DNA of 64,000 nucleotides from a virus (Duplodnaviria; Caudoviricetes): IMG/VR virus record IMGVR_UViG_3300018012_000099, one strand, 5' to 3'. Below, one piece after another: positions 26,267-36,883 of this stretch. Within the stretch, counting starts at the first letter, position 1. Each line of letters opens with the position of its first letter. The notes below the pieces were generated by a model. It had not been told where the DNA came from. It saw only the letters and a list, made by a program, of their open reading frames with translations, and did no database searches. Both the position numbers and the translations under genes were made by a program.

Positions 26267-27721
26267 ATGATTAAGAACGCTCAGAAACGATCTATGGATC
26301 CAGCACAGCAAAAGCTGAGACAAGCTAAAGCTGTTTGGAACAAGGAAGTTTCTACTTTTTTAAATGATGTAATTCATCTTAAAAAGATGATGAATGGTTG
26401 GCCTTCCAAATATTACAAGGAACGCTCTAAAATTACTATGCCCATTCCATCTAACCCGAGTACTATTCTTAGTTCTTTATCCAATAAGTTTCAAGAGCTT
26501 GCGCAGCAAGGTGATACTATTGCCCAACAGCAAGCTCAATATTCTCAAACTCGTCGTAAGCCCCGCCCTCAACAAGCTGTGGAAACTCTTAATAAGTTAG
26601 AAGAAAAGTATGGTCCAACAGAAACTCCTATTCCTCCACCACTGACACCAACTGCTCCGCCGACTGGCACTGATTTGACTAAACAGCTTGTTTCTTCATT
26701 TGAAATTAAGTACGAATTAGTGGCTGAAGGTTCTAATCCATTTTCCCGTTTTTTAGCTAGAATTAAAGCTCCTCAAGCTGGTTTTGGGCAAAAGGCTCAA
26801 TTACGTCGTATGCGTATGGATTTGCTTAAAGCGGCTCTTAAGTGTTATCGCGCTCTAGGTCGATTACAAGTTAATGTTAGTAAGTCCTCCAAAGAAAGCG
26901 TTAATATTGCGTATAAAGAAATGCAAGCTGCCTGGAATGAGTGGTCACTAGTTTCTCGTAACTTCAATCAGTATGCTAATACTTTACCCGGTGCCTCTAC
27001 TGTTAGATCGGATGAGATGAGAGAAGAGGCATATTCTCCTGAAAAGGAAGAGGCTGAACTAATGGTTCAGAACAAGCCTTGGGAAAAACAAGAGTTGATT
27101 AGACGTATTGTGGGTGACTATCGTAGTTATGCTCATTTGTATGAGCAAGAGGCAGCTGGTAGCAGCTTGCAGCAAATTAGTGATACTATTAACAAAATTA
27201 TTACTGTTCCTAAAGCGCAAAAATTACTTTTAGCTACTGAATTGGAACAAAATTATCAACAAGCTATTAATTCTCTCAATCAAACGTTGGGAACTAATGG
27301 TACCACTCTTAAAGAAATTACTCAACAACTTTCTAAAAAGAAAAAACCCGAATCTTCTACCACTTCACAAAGACCGCTTAAAGGATCTCAGCCACCCCTA
27401 TCAGATGTGGAGCCAGCAACCGATTTAGAGGTAGTAGCGCAAGCCTTTTTGAAGAAGTGGATAGGAAAGACTCGCCATCAATTGCTTCCGGGAAGAAGCT
27501 CTGGCACGCGTTTGCAAATTTTTGAATTGGCTGCCGATGCTCGTAAAAATATTGATAGTGTTATGAATCTATTAGAAAAAGGATTAGATGTTAATACTTT
27601 AGGCACTAAGATTTCTGAAGTAACTAGGCAGATCAATACCTTGCGTTCTTTAATGCGTTCGTTACATAATACTGAAAAACCTCCGGCTAAAGGAACATCT
27701 CCACTAGAAGGACTCTTCTAA
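26267..27721 (+). CDS. Large helical hypothetical phage protein
   Basis: 484-aa ORF with xxAQ/AE motifs between domains. Confidence 0.7.
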   Translation: MIKNAQKRSMDPAQQKLRQAKAVWNKEVSTFLNDVIHLKKMMNGWPSKYYKERSKITMPIPSNPSTILSSLSNKFQELAQQGDTIAQQQAQYSQTRRKPRPQQAVETLNKLEEKYGPTETPIPPPLTPTAPPTGTDLTKQLVSSFEIKYELVAEGSNPFSRFLARIKAPQAGFGQKAQLRRMRMDLLKAALKCYRALGRLQVNVSKSSKESVNIAYKEMQAAWNEWSLVSRNFNQYANTLPGASTVRSDEMREEAYSPEKEEAELMVQNKPWEKQELIRRIVGDYRSYAHLYEQEAAGSSLQQISDTINKIITVPKAQKLLLATELEQNYQQAINSLNQTLGTNGTTLKEITQQLSKKKKPESSTTSQRPLKGSQPPLSDVEPATDLEVVAQAFLKKWIGKTRHQLLPGRSSGTRLQIFELAADARKNIDSVMNLLEKGLDVNTLGTKISEVTRQINTLRSLMRSLHNTEKPPAKGTSPLEGLF

Positions 27722-28128
27722 TGGAACAAGGATATATCTACATTCACAATAATATTCTTCCCACTTTACTTGCCATCTCTGAAGAAGAACAGCAACGTGG
27801 GCTTATGAACCAAGAGTGGCCGCCCCCAGTTATGTCTTTTATTTATGCTGAACCACGTATTTCTAAATTTTGGATGCACAATACTCAAAGTCCGCTAGAT
27901 ATCGTTTTTTGTTATAAGGGTAAAATCTCACAACTTCATGTTGGAGAACCGTTCTCTACAGAGATGATTGGTGACAATAAGTTTAGCGATTTGATTGTAG
28001 AGTTGCCATATGGTACGGTGGATAGAATGGATATTAAGATTGGGCAATCGATTGGTTTAATTAAACCCACTTCTGAAGAATTGCACAAGATTATAGCTGA
28101 AAAATATCACTTATTCGTAAAATTTTGA
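27721..28128 (+). CDS. DUF192 family protein
   Basis: 'EEQQRGLM...M.F...FWMHNT..PLDI.F...VVELPYG'. Confidence 0.85.
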   Translation: MEQGYIYIHNNILPTLLAISEEEQQRGLMNQEWPPPVMSFIYAEPRISKFWMHNTQSPLDIVFCYKGKISQLHVGEPFSTEMIGDNKFSDLIVELPYGTVDRMDIKIGQSIGLIKPTSEELHKIIAEKYHLFVKF

Positions 28129-28163
28129 AGCCTCTTGCCTTTTAATTTTTGTGTATTACGTTG

Positions 28164-29165
28164 ATGCAAGTAATGGTGAACAGCATCCAACAATTTAATA
28201 AAATTCTTGAATCGTTTAACATCAAAGCTACATGTATTAATAGTCAAGAAGTCGATAATTATTTCTATTTCGATCTTAAACTTGCCCCTAATGCACGAGT
28301 GCGAGATGTACATCGATATGGAGATGAAATATCTTTAGCGCTGAAAACACCGTGTCGTCCTAGTATTAAGGTGTTGCACGATCAAGGCGTGGTGCGTTTA
28401 GAATTTGTTACTCCGCGTACTGAGCCCCTGAGGCTGTTAGATTTTTTCACCAACGAAAGTGTGCCCACAGGTGATTTGATATGTCTGTTAGGTCAGTCGG
28501 TAGACGGCAAGCGTATTTGGATGGATTTAGCACAAAACCCACACATGTTAGTTGCTGGTACAACTGGTTCCGGCAAGAGTACCTTATTGCATAATCTAAT
28601 CGCCAATCTCAAAAATTACAACAAACCTATTATCTATATGGTAGATCCCAAGAAGATTGAATTTCATGCTTATGATGGTAATTTAAAGTATTCTAAGGTC
28701 TTCTACACTTATGATGAAACTATCGATCTATTGGATGTGTTGATAGAGACTATGGAGAGACGATATACTGCCATGCGGTCTGGCTCTTCTGCCGAAGAGT
28801 TTCCGTATATCGTGCTTATTGTAGATGAGTTTGCTGACTTAGTGATGCAGGATAAGGATGACGTTTTCTACACTAAGATTTGTCGTCTAGCTCAAAAGTC
28901 GCGAGCTGCTCGTATATCTATTGTTTTAGCCACCCAACGCCCCTCTGTCAATATCATTAATGGCGCTATCAAAGCCAATTTCCCAGCTCGACTGGCATGT
29001 CGCGTGGCAAGTCACGTAGATAGCAAGGTTATCTTAGATGCTACTGGAGCAGAAAATTTGTTAGGAAAAGGTGATGCGCTAGTGCGAGATAGTTTTCGTT
29101 TTCTAGAGCGTTTCCAGGCGGCATATATTACACCAGAAGAAGTCTGTGAATATTATGGTGAATAA
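28164..29165 (+). CDS. FtsK/SpoIIIE-like ATPase (motor domain only)
   Basis: 'PHMLVAGTTGSGKS', 'VDPKKIEF', 'LIVDEFADL', 'LATQRPSV', 'GAENLLGKGD'. Confidence 0.9.
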   Translation: MQVMVNSIQQFNKILESFNIKATCINSQEVDNYFYFDLKLAPNARVRDVHRYGDEISLALKTPCRPSIKVLHDQGVVRLEFVTPRTEPLRLLDFFTNESVPTGDLICLLGQSVDGKRIWMDLAQNPHMLVAGTTGSGKSTLLHNLIANLKNYNKPIIYMVDPKKIEFHAYDGNLKYSKVFYTYDETIDLLDVLIETMERRYTAMRSGSSAEEFPYIVLIVDEFADLVMQDKDDVFYTKICRLAQKSRAARISIVLATQRPSVNIINGAIKANFPARLACRVASHVDSKVILDATGAENLLGKGDALVRDSFRFLERFQAAYITPEEVCEYYGE

Positions 29166-30502
29166 TGGAAACGGCACGTGAGTTGAATCTTATCGATGCA
29201 GATTCGATGGTGGAAGAATTTCTTTCCATGCATCAACTAAGTCTGATTACTATGCACCGGATATACTTCAAGACTGACAATCAACTTTCTTTACACGCAC
29301 TAATTGAGCTATTGAAGAACGACCTGCGCACCGGATGCGTTACCTTTATTAATAAAGGTTCTCCTATAGAAGAGTTAGAGCCATATCTATTTTACATTGT
29401 TAATGCTTATTGTAGGAAACTTTCCTCCTCGAATAATAAAAAGAAATCAGAATACATTTGTCCGGGCTGTTTGTTTTTGGGAATGGCGACCTTAGTCAAT
29501 CTTGATAAGACCTTTCAGTGTGATGAGTGTCATTCTCAACTAAAAGATGCTACGGATCCTAAGCAAGTTTTCTTTTACAAGACTTTTGCAGTACATAACA
29601 AACGAGGTTATCGTTGTGGAGACTGTAATCGTTTCATTCCTCACCCTTTGGATAATTCTTCTACTGTATCATGTCCATATTTTGATTGCACGTTCGTTGG
29701 AGAATATAAAGACTTACGACATATGCATCATACTACTTCTCAAACTAATCCAGAGAAACTAGTACTAGATGTGACGCAAGATGGTCATCGATACTTTAAA
29801 GACAGTATAGTTGATTCAGGTATTAGCGCTCTAATCGCTCTAGAAATGAAAGAGGATCTACAACGTAGGGTAGATATAATAAAAGATGTTATTGATAGTC
29901 AGATTAGTCACGTTGCCTATACTGGATCAGATTTTACTATCAAACACAAACAATTAGTTTATCAATCTTTTTCTAATCTACTGCAAAGACAACCAGAAGA
30001 AATGGTTGGCTATCTTTTGGACGGCACCCGTTCTGGTGGGTTCCAACATAAAGTGTTTCAAGAATACATTAAGTTGTTAGAAGAATCTCTTCCCTTTTTT
30101 ATCAAAAAAGGGAATAAGAGATATCGTATAGATAATTTGCTTAGTGAATATTTGTGTATTTTTTCAGGTATTAGTACTTTTAGTGGCATTATTGGTAATA
30201 ATTTAGCAGTTAAAAATGGTACTATCGAATATTATATTGGCGGTAGAAAAGCGTCTTACACTAAACCTTATTACATCGGTAAATTATTGAACGTTTTACA
30301 TGCAGAGACTAAAGAGTCACTATTACATTTAGTTAAGGAGTATAGTTTCTCTAGGATAAAATTTCAAGACATCCAACCTAGTACCCCAGTGACTATCACG
30401 CATTTGAGAGTTCCTCCCCATTATCAGATGGGAGGAATGGTGTATGTCAATCGCGCACGCAAGAAAATTGTTGAACGTACCCAAGCTTTACTGGAGAGAT
30501 AA
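29165..30502 (+). CDS. Multi-Zn-ribbon hypothetical protein, possible divergent sigma-like factor
   Basis: Several CxxC pairs; weak sigma region-2 and region-3-like segments. Confidence 0.45.
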   Translation: METARELNLIDADSMVEEFLSMHQLSLITMHRIYFKTDNQLSLHALIELLKNDLRTGCVTFINKGSPIEELEPYLFYIVNAYCRKLSSSNNKKKSEYICPGCLFLGMATLVNLDKTFQCDECHSQLKDATDPKQVFFYKTFAVHNKRGYRCGDCNRFIPHPLDNSSTVSCPYFDCTFVGEYKDLRHMHHTTSQTNPEKLVLDVTQDGHRYFKDSIVDSGISALIALEMKEDLQRRVDIIKDVIDSQISHVAYTGSDFTIKHKQLVYQSFSNLLQRQPEEMVGYLLDGTRSGGFQHKVFQEYIKLLEESLPFFIKKGNKRYRIDNLLSEYLCIFSGISTFSGIIGNNLAVKNGTIEYYIGGRKASYTKPYYIGKLLNVLHAETKESLLHLVKEYSFSRIKFQDIQPSTPVTITHLRVPPHYQMGGMVYVNRARKKIVERTQALLER

Positions 30503-30948
30503 TGTTTAGATGGAAACCTAAAGCTATTAAAATTAACCTCTCTTCTACTTTTATTGTCAAGAATAAATGCGTAGAATGTAATAAACATCCAAATGAGTAT
30601 TATTGGATTAACCTACCCCCATATTATTATGATCCTACCAATAGTTATGAGCTCTTTGATTGGATCAAGAAGTATATTAAACGTATGACTGGTTCTTGGT
30701 ACATGAAACGATCCCCTCGTCACTTCAAATCTATTAAGGATTTTAATTTCTATTGGTCGGAAAAATCCTACAAAGCCGCCCTGCATCAACACTTTAACAT
30801 CGAGGCAACTGATCACGTCATCGAGTATTTGGCGTGTCCCTGCGGTCGTACTGTCTGGGCTTTCAATCAAAAAGATGCGGAAGAGCGTCCTGAAATTAAG
30901 AATCGCAAAGCTCGATATAGTTATCCACAGAAATTTGAGTCATATTGA
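30502..30948 (+). CDS. Hypothetical protein
   Basis: CVEC and CPCG motifs. Confidence 0.6.
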   Translation: MFRWKPKAIKINLSSTFIVKNKCVECNKHPNEYYWINLPPYYYDPTNSYELFDWIKKYIKRMTGSWYMKRSPRHFKSIKDFNFYWSEKSYKAALHQHFNIEATDHVIEYLACPCGRTVWAFNQKDAEERPEIKNRKARYSYPQKFESY

Positions 30949-31345
30949 GGGTGCATAGCTTTTCTTTAACTTGTTGTTTTAGAGTTGGAAATCTATCAGC
31001 CAGCTCTTCATAGACTTTCCATTGTTTATTTATCAATCGATAACAAGTGTAGTAAGACATTCTAGCTAATGAATCATAATAATCTTTACTGGCAGATTGT
31101 AAATATTGTGGTGCAACCGATTCCACAAAGAATATCCAATCTCCGATATTTTGATAAATAGAAAAATTGCATGTGTCTCGGGCTTGACAAAACAATAAAG
31201 TGAGATTATCTTGTGAGAGGTCATGATTGGCACTCTCATATTTTCTAAAAATACCAACGATATAAGCCCTGGTATCTTGCCGGCATTTAACATCGTTTAA
31301 GAGGTCATTAAAAAAAACAGCAATATCATTGTGAAATTTGTCCAT
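30896..31345 (-). CDS. Hypothetical protein (convergent)
   Basis: MDKFHNDIAVFF...'QNIGDWIFF'...'SYYTCYRLI'; protein-like composition. Confidence 0.55.
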   Translation of the reverse strand: MDKFHNDIAVFFNDLLNDVKCRQDTRAYIVGIFRKYESANHDLSQDNLTLLFCQARDTCNFSIYQNIGDWIFFVESVAPQYLQSASKDYYDSLARMSYYTCYRLINKQWKVYEELADRFPTLKQQVKEKLCTLNMTQISVDNYIELCDS

Positions 31346-31402
31346 TAATAGATGGTATTTTATTAATAAAAAGACATATTTATATGCGAAAACTTTCTCA
31401 AA

Positions 31403-32308
31403 ATGAATGAATGGATTGAGCGAGCTAATGATTTTCATCATTCGAAATATGATTATTCGAAAGTTGTTTATAAAAGTGGTAAGGACAGAGTTGTTATTGT
31501 TTGTAGTAAGCATGGTGCATTTAAACAACAAGCAGGTAATCATTTAAGTGGTAAAGGATGTCCCAAATGTAATGGTGGCACCCTGATGTCAAAGGGCGAG
31601 TGGTTGAAGAAAGTTCAGAAAACACATGGTAGTTTTTACGATTATTCCAAAGTAAATTTTCAAGGCGTAAAACATAAAGTTCTTATTGTATGTCCTATTC
31701 ATGGTGATTTTTGGCAAATAGCTGAAAAACACTTTTTATATGGTTGTCAAGATTGTGGCGAGAATAAACCACTAACTGTTAAGATGTTTGTTAAGCGTGC
31801 CGCGAAAATACATGATAATAAATATAACTATTCTTTAATTAAAGAGATAAATGGTAAAGATTCGAAAGTAGAAATTATATGCCCTAAACATGGGTTATTT
31901 GAACAGATAGCGAATAATCATTTGAGGGGTAGAGGCTGTAAATATTGTGCAGTAGGCAACTCCTCAATTAAAGAGCAAAATTGGCTTGATTTTATAGGAT
32001 TGCCGCGTGATATTTTACATAGAAATGTAAGGATGTTAGTTGATGATAGGTATTATATAGTAGATGGATGCATTCCTAATTCTAATGTTGTATTTGAATT
32101 TTTAGGAAATTATTGGCACGGTAATCCTTCTGTGTTTGATGCTGATGAATATAATAAAACTACCAAATGTACGTTCGGAGAATTGTTTCAAATTACAGTG
32201 AATAAAATTCAAGATTTGAGAAAAGCAGGATACAAAGTAGTATCAATATGGGAAGACAAATATGACAAAAACATTAGTGATAGTAGAATCTCCGGCAAAA
32301 GCGTCTAA
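31403..32308 (+). mobile_element. Putative homing endonuclease: three Zn-finger repeats plus a Vsr/DUF559-like nuclease
   Basis: Three 'YDYSKV.Y...KV.I.C..HG.F.Q....H..G.GC..C' repeats, then 'VDG...VFEFLGNYWHG...GYKVVSIWE'. Confidence 0.8.
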
Positions 32309-34058
32309 AATACAGGAATATTTAGGTGATGATTATATAGTTATGGCTAGCGTAGGACATATTACCGAGTTAGCTAAGGGAGGTAAACACGGACTTGGAG
32401 TTGATGTAGATAATAATTTTAAGCCGCATTATGTTCTTATGGATGATAAGATTGAAGTATTAAACAACTTAATGAATGCAGCTAAAAAATGTAATAATAT
32501 AATTATAGGCTCCGATAATGATCGTGAGGGTGAGGCTATTGCTTGGCATTTGGCTCAACGTTTGGGAGAAATGGATAAGCCCATCAAACGCATGGTGTTT
32601 AACAAGATCAAGAAGGACGCTTTGGTTAAAGCGGTCAAGGAAGTTCGCGATATCGATATCAATCTATTCCACTCCCAGGAAGCCCGTCGTATTCTGGACC
32701 GTTTGGTAGGTTTTACTGCCTCACCATTCTTGATGAACTTTTTCGGTCCCAAGTTGTCAGCAGGGCGCGTACAGTCAGTAGTTACTCGTATGGTTATTGA
32801 CCGTGAACGTGAGATCGAAGTATTCGTACCGGAAGAATTTTGGACTATCCAGGTCAATCTCTCCAAGGATGGTAAAATTGGATTTGTTACTAAATATTCA
32901 GGTCGCCCTACTGACCAAGCTACTGCCGAAGCGATTCGAGCTAAGCTGGCTGCCAAAGAAGCTGAGTTTGTGGTGGCAGAAGTAATTGCGGATGAAGAGA
33001 AAAAGAGCCCACTTCCACCTTTAGTTACTTCTACTTTACAACAAGTGATGTCCAAAGAGCATAGTTTTAGTGCCGATCGCACCATGAAAGCGGCTCAGGC
33101 TTTATATGAAGCTGGGTATGTTACCTACATTAGAACTGATTCCGTACGCGTAGATGATGCTTCTGTTAAAGAATTGCGAGGATGGTTACAGGCTAATCAA
33201 TATGATGTTCCAAACAAACCTAATACATTCAAGAATAGAGATGCGGCGCAGGACGCTCATGAATGTATTCATCCTACTGATTTAGAATTGCTGCCCGAAA
33301 GGAACTTTGCGATTATCGATCCAGATGAAAAGCTTGTATATGAAGTGATCTGGAATTACTTTGTCGCCAGCCAAATGATGCCAGCAGTCTATAATACACT
33401 GAAAGTAACGGCACACGTACAAGGCGATCCCGCTGCTGAAGTGAAAGCTTCTGGCAAAGCACTCAAGAGCCAAGGTTTTCTGCAAATTTTGGGAGTAAAC
33501 GATGATAGCAAAATTGATATCCCAGAGTTGCACAAGGGAGATATTCTCAAGCATTTTGGTAAGATGCCCGTCAAGATGGAAAGGAAACAGACCCAGCCAC
33601 CACCTCGCTATTCAGAAGATAAATTGATTAAGGAATTGGTCAATAAGAACATCGGTCGTCCAAGCACATACGGCGAACTTTTAAGTAAAGTTTCCAATAG
33701 AAGTTATGTAGAGAAAAAGGGTAATGTATATCATGCTACGGAATTGGGTAAGAAAATTACCGATGTATTAATTAATAATTTTTCCTTCATGGATTATAAT
33801 TTTACCGCTAATCTTGAAAAATTATTAGATGATATAGCTGATGGTAAGTCCGATCATATAGTTGTGTTAAAAGAGTTTTGGAAAATATTTTCTATTGAAT
33901 TATTTAAGGTTTATGCAGCCTTTGATACTAATAAAATAGTATGTGATAAGTGTTGGAATGTAATGATAAAAAGAGTAGGTAAGTTTGGTAATTTTTATTC
34001 CTGTGTCAACCCCTCTTGTAAAAGAATAATCAATGAAAATTTGCAAGGACAAACATAA
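32262..34058 (+). CDS. topA: DNA topoisomerase IA
   Basis: 'LVIVESPAK', 'DNDREGEAI', 'SAGRVQS', active-site 'TYIRTDS', 'AQDAHECIHPT', 'IGRPSTY'; one C-terminal Zn ribbon. Confidence 0.95.
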   Translation: MTKTLVIVESPAKASKIQEYLGDDYIVMASVGHITELAKGGKHGLGVDVDNNFKPHYVLMDDKIEVLNNLMNAAKKCNNIIIGSDNDREGEAIAWHLAQRLGEMDKPIKRMVFNKIKKDALVKAVKEVRDIDINLFHSQEARRILDRLVGFTASPFLMNFFGPKLSAGRVQSVVTRMVIDREREIEVFVPEEFWTIQVNLSKDGKIGFVTKYSGRPTDQATAEAIRAKLAAKEAEFVVAEVIADEEKKSPLPPLVTSTLQQVMSKEHSFSADRTMKAAQALYEAGYVTYIRTDSVRVDDASVKELRGWLQANQYDVPNKPNTFKNRDAAQDAHECIHPTDLELLPERNFAIIDPDEKLVYEVIWNYFVASQMMPAVYNTLKVTAHVQGDPAAEVKASGKALKSQGFLQILGVNDDSKIDIPELHKGDILKHFGKMPVKMERKQTQPPPRYSEDKLIKELVNKNIGRPSTYGELLSKVSNRSYVEKKGNVYHATELGKKITDVLINNFSFMDYNFTANLEKLLDDIADGKSDHIVVLKEFWKIFSIELFKVYAAFDTNKIVCDKCWNVMIKRVGKFGNFYSCVNPSCKRIINENLQGQT

Positions 34059-34839
34059 AAACATATGTCAATTATACACTGACGGATATGGCAGCAATGA
34101 TATTGCTAAATTTTATAGTGTTAATGGGCAAACTATCTTAAATATTCTTTATAAGAATGGAATTAAAACCAGATCAGGTAATGACCCGCTATATTTTGAT
34201 AAAAGAAAAATTCATGTTTTTGATACAACGTTTTTCGACTTTCCAAGTGCCGAATTGGCATATATGATGGGATTTGTATTAGGTGATGGTAATTTATCTA
34301 TTGATATTAAAAGCGGCAAATACAGAGTAACTATAACCGTTCATCAAAAAGATATTTGTATTTTGCAACGGTTTTGTGATTGGATAAAATGTGATTATGA
34401 AGCGATAAAGAAATCTACTCGTGCCAAAAGATTAGATTTAATGCTGAATGATAAGATATTCGAGAATGTTAATAATTTTATTGATTGGGGTTTAGTTCCT
34501 AATAAAACTTATAACCCGTGTATTCCTAATGTGAGCGATAAATTATTAGCTCCATTTTTAATTGGACTTATTGATGCTGATGGTTCAATTTCTTTTAATA
34601 AGAAGTATTCAATGGATTTGGTAGGTAATAACGAAATTATGAAGTGGTTTATTAATTCTATTAAAAAATTAGGTTATTCAGGAAAGATTACGCATCGCAC
34701 TTATCGAAATAAAGTTTGGTCTCGAGTTTGCATTTACAATAAAAAAGATGTAATGAGTTTAGCAAAAGTATTAAGAATAAATGAATATGATTTTCTACTT
34801 GGTAGAAAATGGATTAATGTAAAAAATGAAATTTGTTAA
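34033..34839 (+). mobile_element. Two-motif LAGLIDADG homing endonuclease
   Basis: 'YMMGFVLGDG' and 'FLIGLIDADG'. Confidence 0.9.
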
Positions 34840-35254
34840 ATATTATAATGTACCAGTCGGGGCTTATGCTGATTTCTTTATTAAAGAGGAAAGTTATTCG
34901 GAAGTACTTCATGATAATGATGAATGGGTAATTTTTTCTTCTCGTATGCCCCAATATCATATATTAACAGTACCAACTTGGCAGTATCAATTTGACACTA
35001 TGTCGCAACTTAATTCATTTTTGATGGATAAGTTGCAACGAGAAGGCTATTATATTATAGCTGCTCGTCAATCGGATGTAGATGAGTGTTATGTTAGTCC
35101 CGACAAAAGTGTAATGTGTTATTTTTATTGTTTCGGAATAGCATATTTTCCAGATTCATTTTTAATTGAATCAAAATTTTTTGATAATGAAGCATCTTCA
35201 CCGCCACAATGGTTGCAAAATATAGACGGAATACAATTAGATGAAAATAATTAA
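34826..35254 (+). CDS. Hypothetical protein
   Basis: Operonic ORF. Confidence 0.5.
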   Translation: MKFVKYYNVPVGAYADFFIKEESYSEVLHDNDEWVIFSSRMPQYHILTVPTWQYQFDTMSQLNSFLMDKLQREGYYIIAARQSDVDECYVSPDKSVMCYFYCFGIAYFPDSFLIESKFFDNEASSPPQWLQNIDGIQLDENN

Positions 35255-35495
35255 AAATAAATATCCGCGTCTTTTGGATATAAAATATAGCCTTCCAATT
35301 ATGTCTGCCCCTATTGAAATAGAATATGATAATCTATTCATACAAATCTATCCAAAAGATTTATTAGACTTAACGCCATATATTCGCAAGTCTTTAATTA
35401 GAGGATATGTTCAATTAAGAAAACAACCAATTCCTGAAAATATAGATCAGATAGTTATGGATATTGAATTTGCATTAAAAAATAGTTTTAATTAA
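35241..35495 (+). CDS. Hypothetical protein
   Basis: Operonic ORF. Confidence 0.45.
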   Translation: MKIIKNKYPRLLDIKYSLPIMSAPIEIEYDNLFIQIYPKDLLDLTPYIRKSLIRGYVQLRKQPIPENIDQIVMDIEFALKNSFN

Positions 35496-35547
35496 ATTAT
35501 TAAAACGAACGCCACCTAACTTTTGTGAAAGAACGAGCCTAAAGCGA

Positions 35548-36861
35548 ATGAATACTCAAAATGAAGAATACCTGACCCCAGAAAATATGGAAGAACAAGA
35601 GCATCTATCTCTACAGAGATTAAGAAGTCTTGTAGCTAAAAGAGATTTTGATATCAATGAGAGTGCCCGTCCTTCCGCTAACTTCGTTGACTTGATGAGG
35701 TGGACCGAAGATAACTTCGGAGTTGTCCTAAATGACCACAAGAACCTCAATAAATTCGTTCATAATCGTGTCATCATCGATGGACAGTTCCTACACTTCT
35801 GTGAAACAAAGGGAATTAAGGTAGAATGTCTGTACAAAGACTCTACTATTTCTTGGAAGACTGAACACGGTTTTGAAAAACACTTTGCCCAAGGTATATT
35901 CCGTATTAGTAAAGGTAGTATGGAATTTCTTCACGCCGCCCTTTTTCACAAAGGTAACCAACATGAAGATGAAATCAGCTTCTTTATCTTAGTCTCCAAT
36001 CTTAACTATGAAGGATACATCGCTTTACGCAACGAGTTCGACGAATGGGTTCAGGAAAGAGATCGTGGTAATCTTCATATCCGCGTAATTGAAGGTGAAG
36101 ACCTCCCTTATACTAAAGACAGTACTTGGGAAGACCTGTTCTTGCCAGAAGAAATGAAGGGTGAGATTAGAGGATTAGTGGAGAACTTCCTAGCTTCACA
36201 AGAGTTTTACACCAAGAATCGCATTCCCTGGAAGCGTGGTATTTTACTGTATGGTCCTCCTGGCAATGGTAAAACCTCTATTATCCGTACCATCATGTCG
36301 GCTTACAACTTCAAGCCGGTTACTATCGCTCCGGGCGTCAATGACGAGGCAGTTCGTGAAGCCTTCACCTACGCCGAAGAGCAAAGTCCAGCTCTCCTAT
36401 ACTTTGAAGACTTGGATTCTTTGTTAGAGAAAAATGTAGATATCTCCTCTTTCTTGAACCTAATGGATGGTATTTCCGCTAAGAATGGATTGTTAGTAGT
36501 GGCAACCGCTAACAATGTCAAGAAGTTGAAAACCAATATTACTGACAGACCATCCAGATTTGATAGAAAGTTTGAGATTCCTTTACCAAATCAAGAAATG
36601 GCTTATATATATCTTAATAGATGGTTTGGCAACTTGATCACTGTTAAAAAGTGTAGAGAGCTTGCCAAATATGCTGAGAAGTATGAATTCTCCTATGCTT
36701 ACTTGAAAGAGTTGTACATTTCTTCTATGTTCGAGGCTTTAGCTCATAACCGTAAGTCTCCTACTGAAAAAGATGTTCAAAACGCCTTAAATCGACTAAT
36801 CAAGGATAAAAATATCTTAAATAGTGGTAGAGTTAGTACTGAAAAATATTTTAAAGGATAA
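35548..36861 (+). CDS. AAA+ ATPase
   Basis: Walker A GPPGNGKT, Walker B 'LLYFEDLD', 'TAN', SRH 'RPSRFDRK'. Confidence 0.9.
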   Translation: MNTQNEEYLTPENMEEQEHLSLQRLRSLVAKRDFDINESARPSANFVDLMRWTEDNFGVVLNDHKNLNKFVHNRVIIDGQFLHFCETKGIKVECLYKDSTISWKTEHGFEKHFAQGIFRISKGSMEFLHAALFHKGNQHEDEISFFILVSNLNYEGYIALRNEFDEWVQERDRGNLHIRVIEGEDLPYTKDSTWEDLFLPEEMKGEIRGLVENFLASQEFYTKNRIPWKRGILLYGPPGNGKTSIIRTIMSAYNFKPVTIAPGVNDEAVREAFTYAEEQSPALLYFEDLDSLLEKNVDISSFLNLMDGISAKNGLLVVATANNVKKLKTNITDRPSRFDRKFEIPLPNQEMAYIYLNRWFGNLITVKKCRELAKYAEKYEFSYAYLKELYISSMFEALAHNRKSPTEKDVQNALNRLIKDKNILNSGRVSTEKYFKG

Positions 36862-36883
36862 GGTTAAAACGGGTTACGGAATC

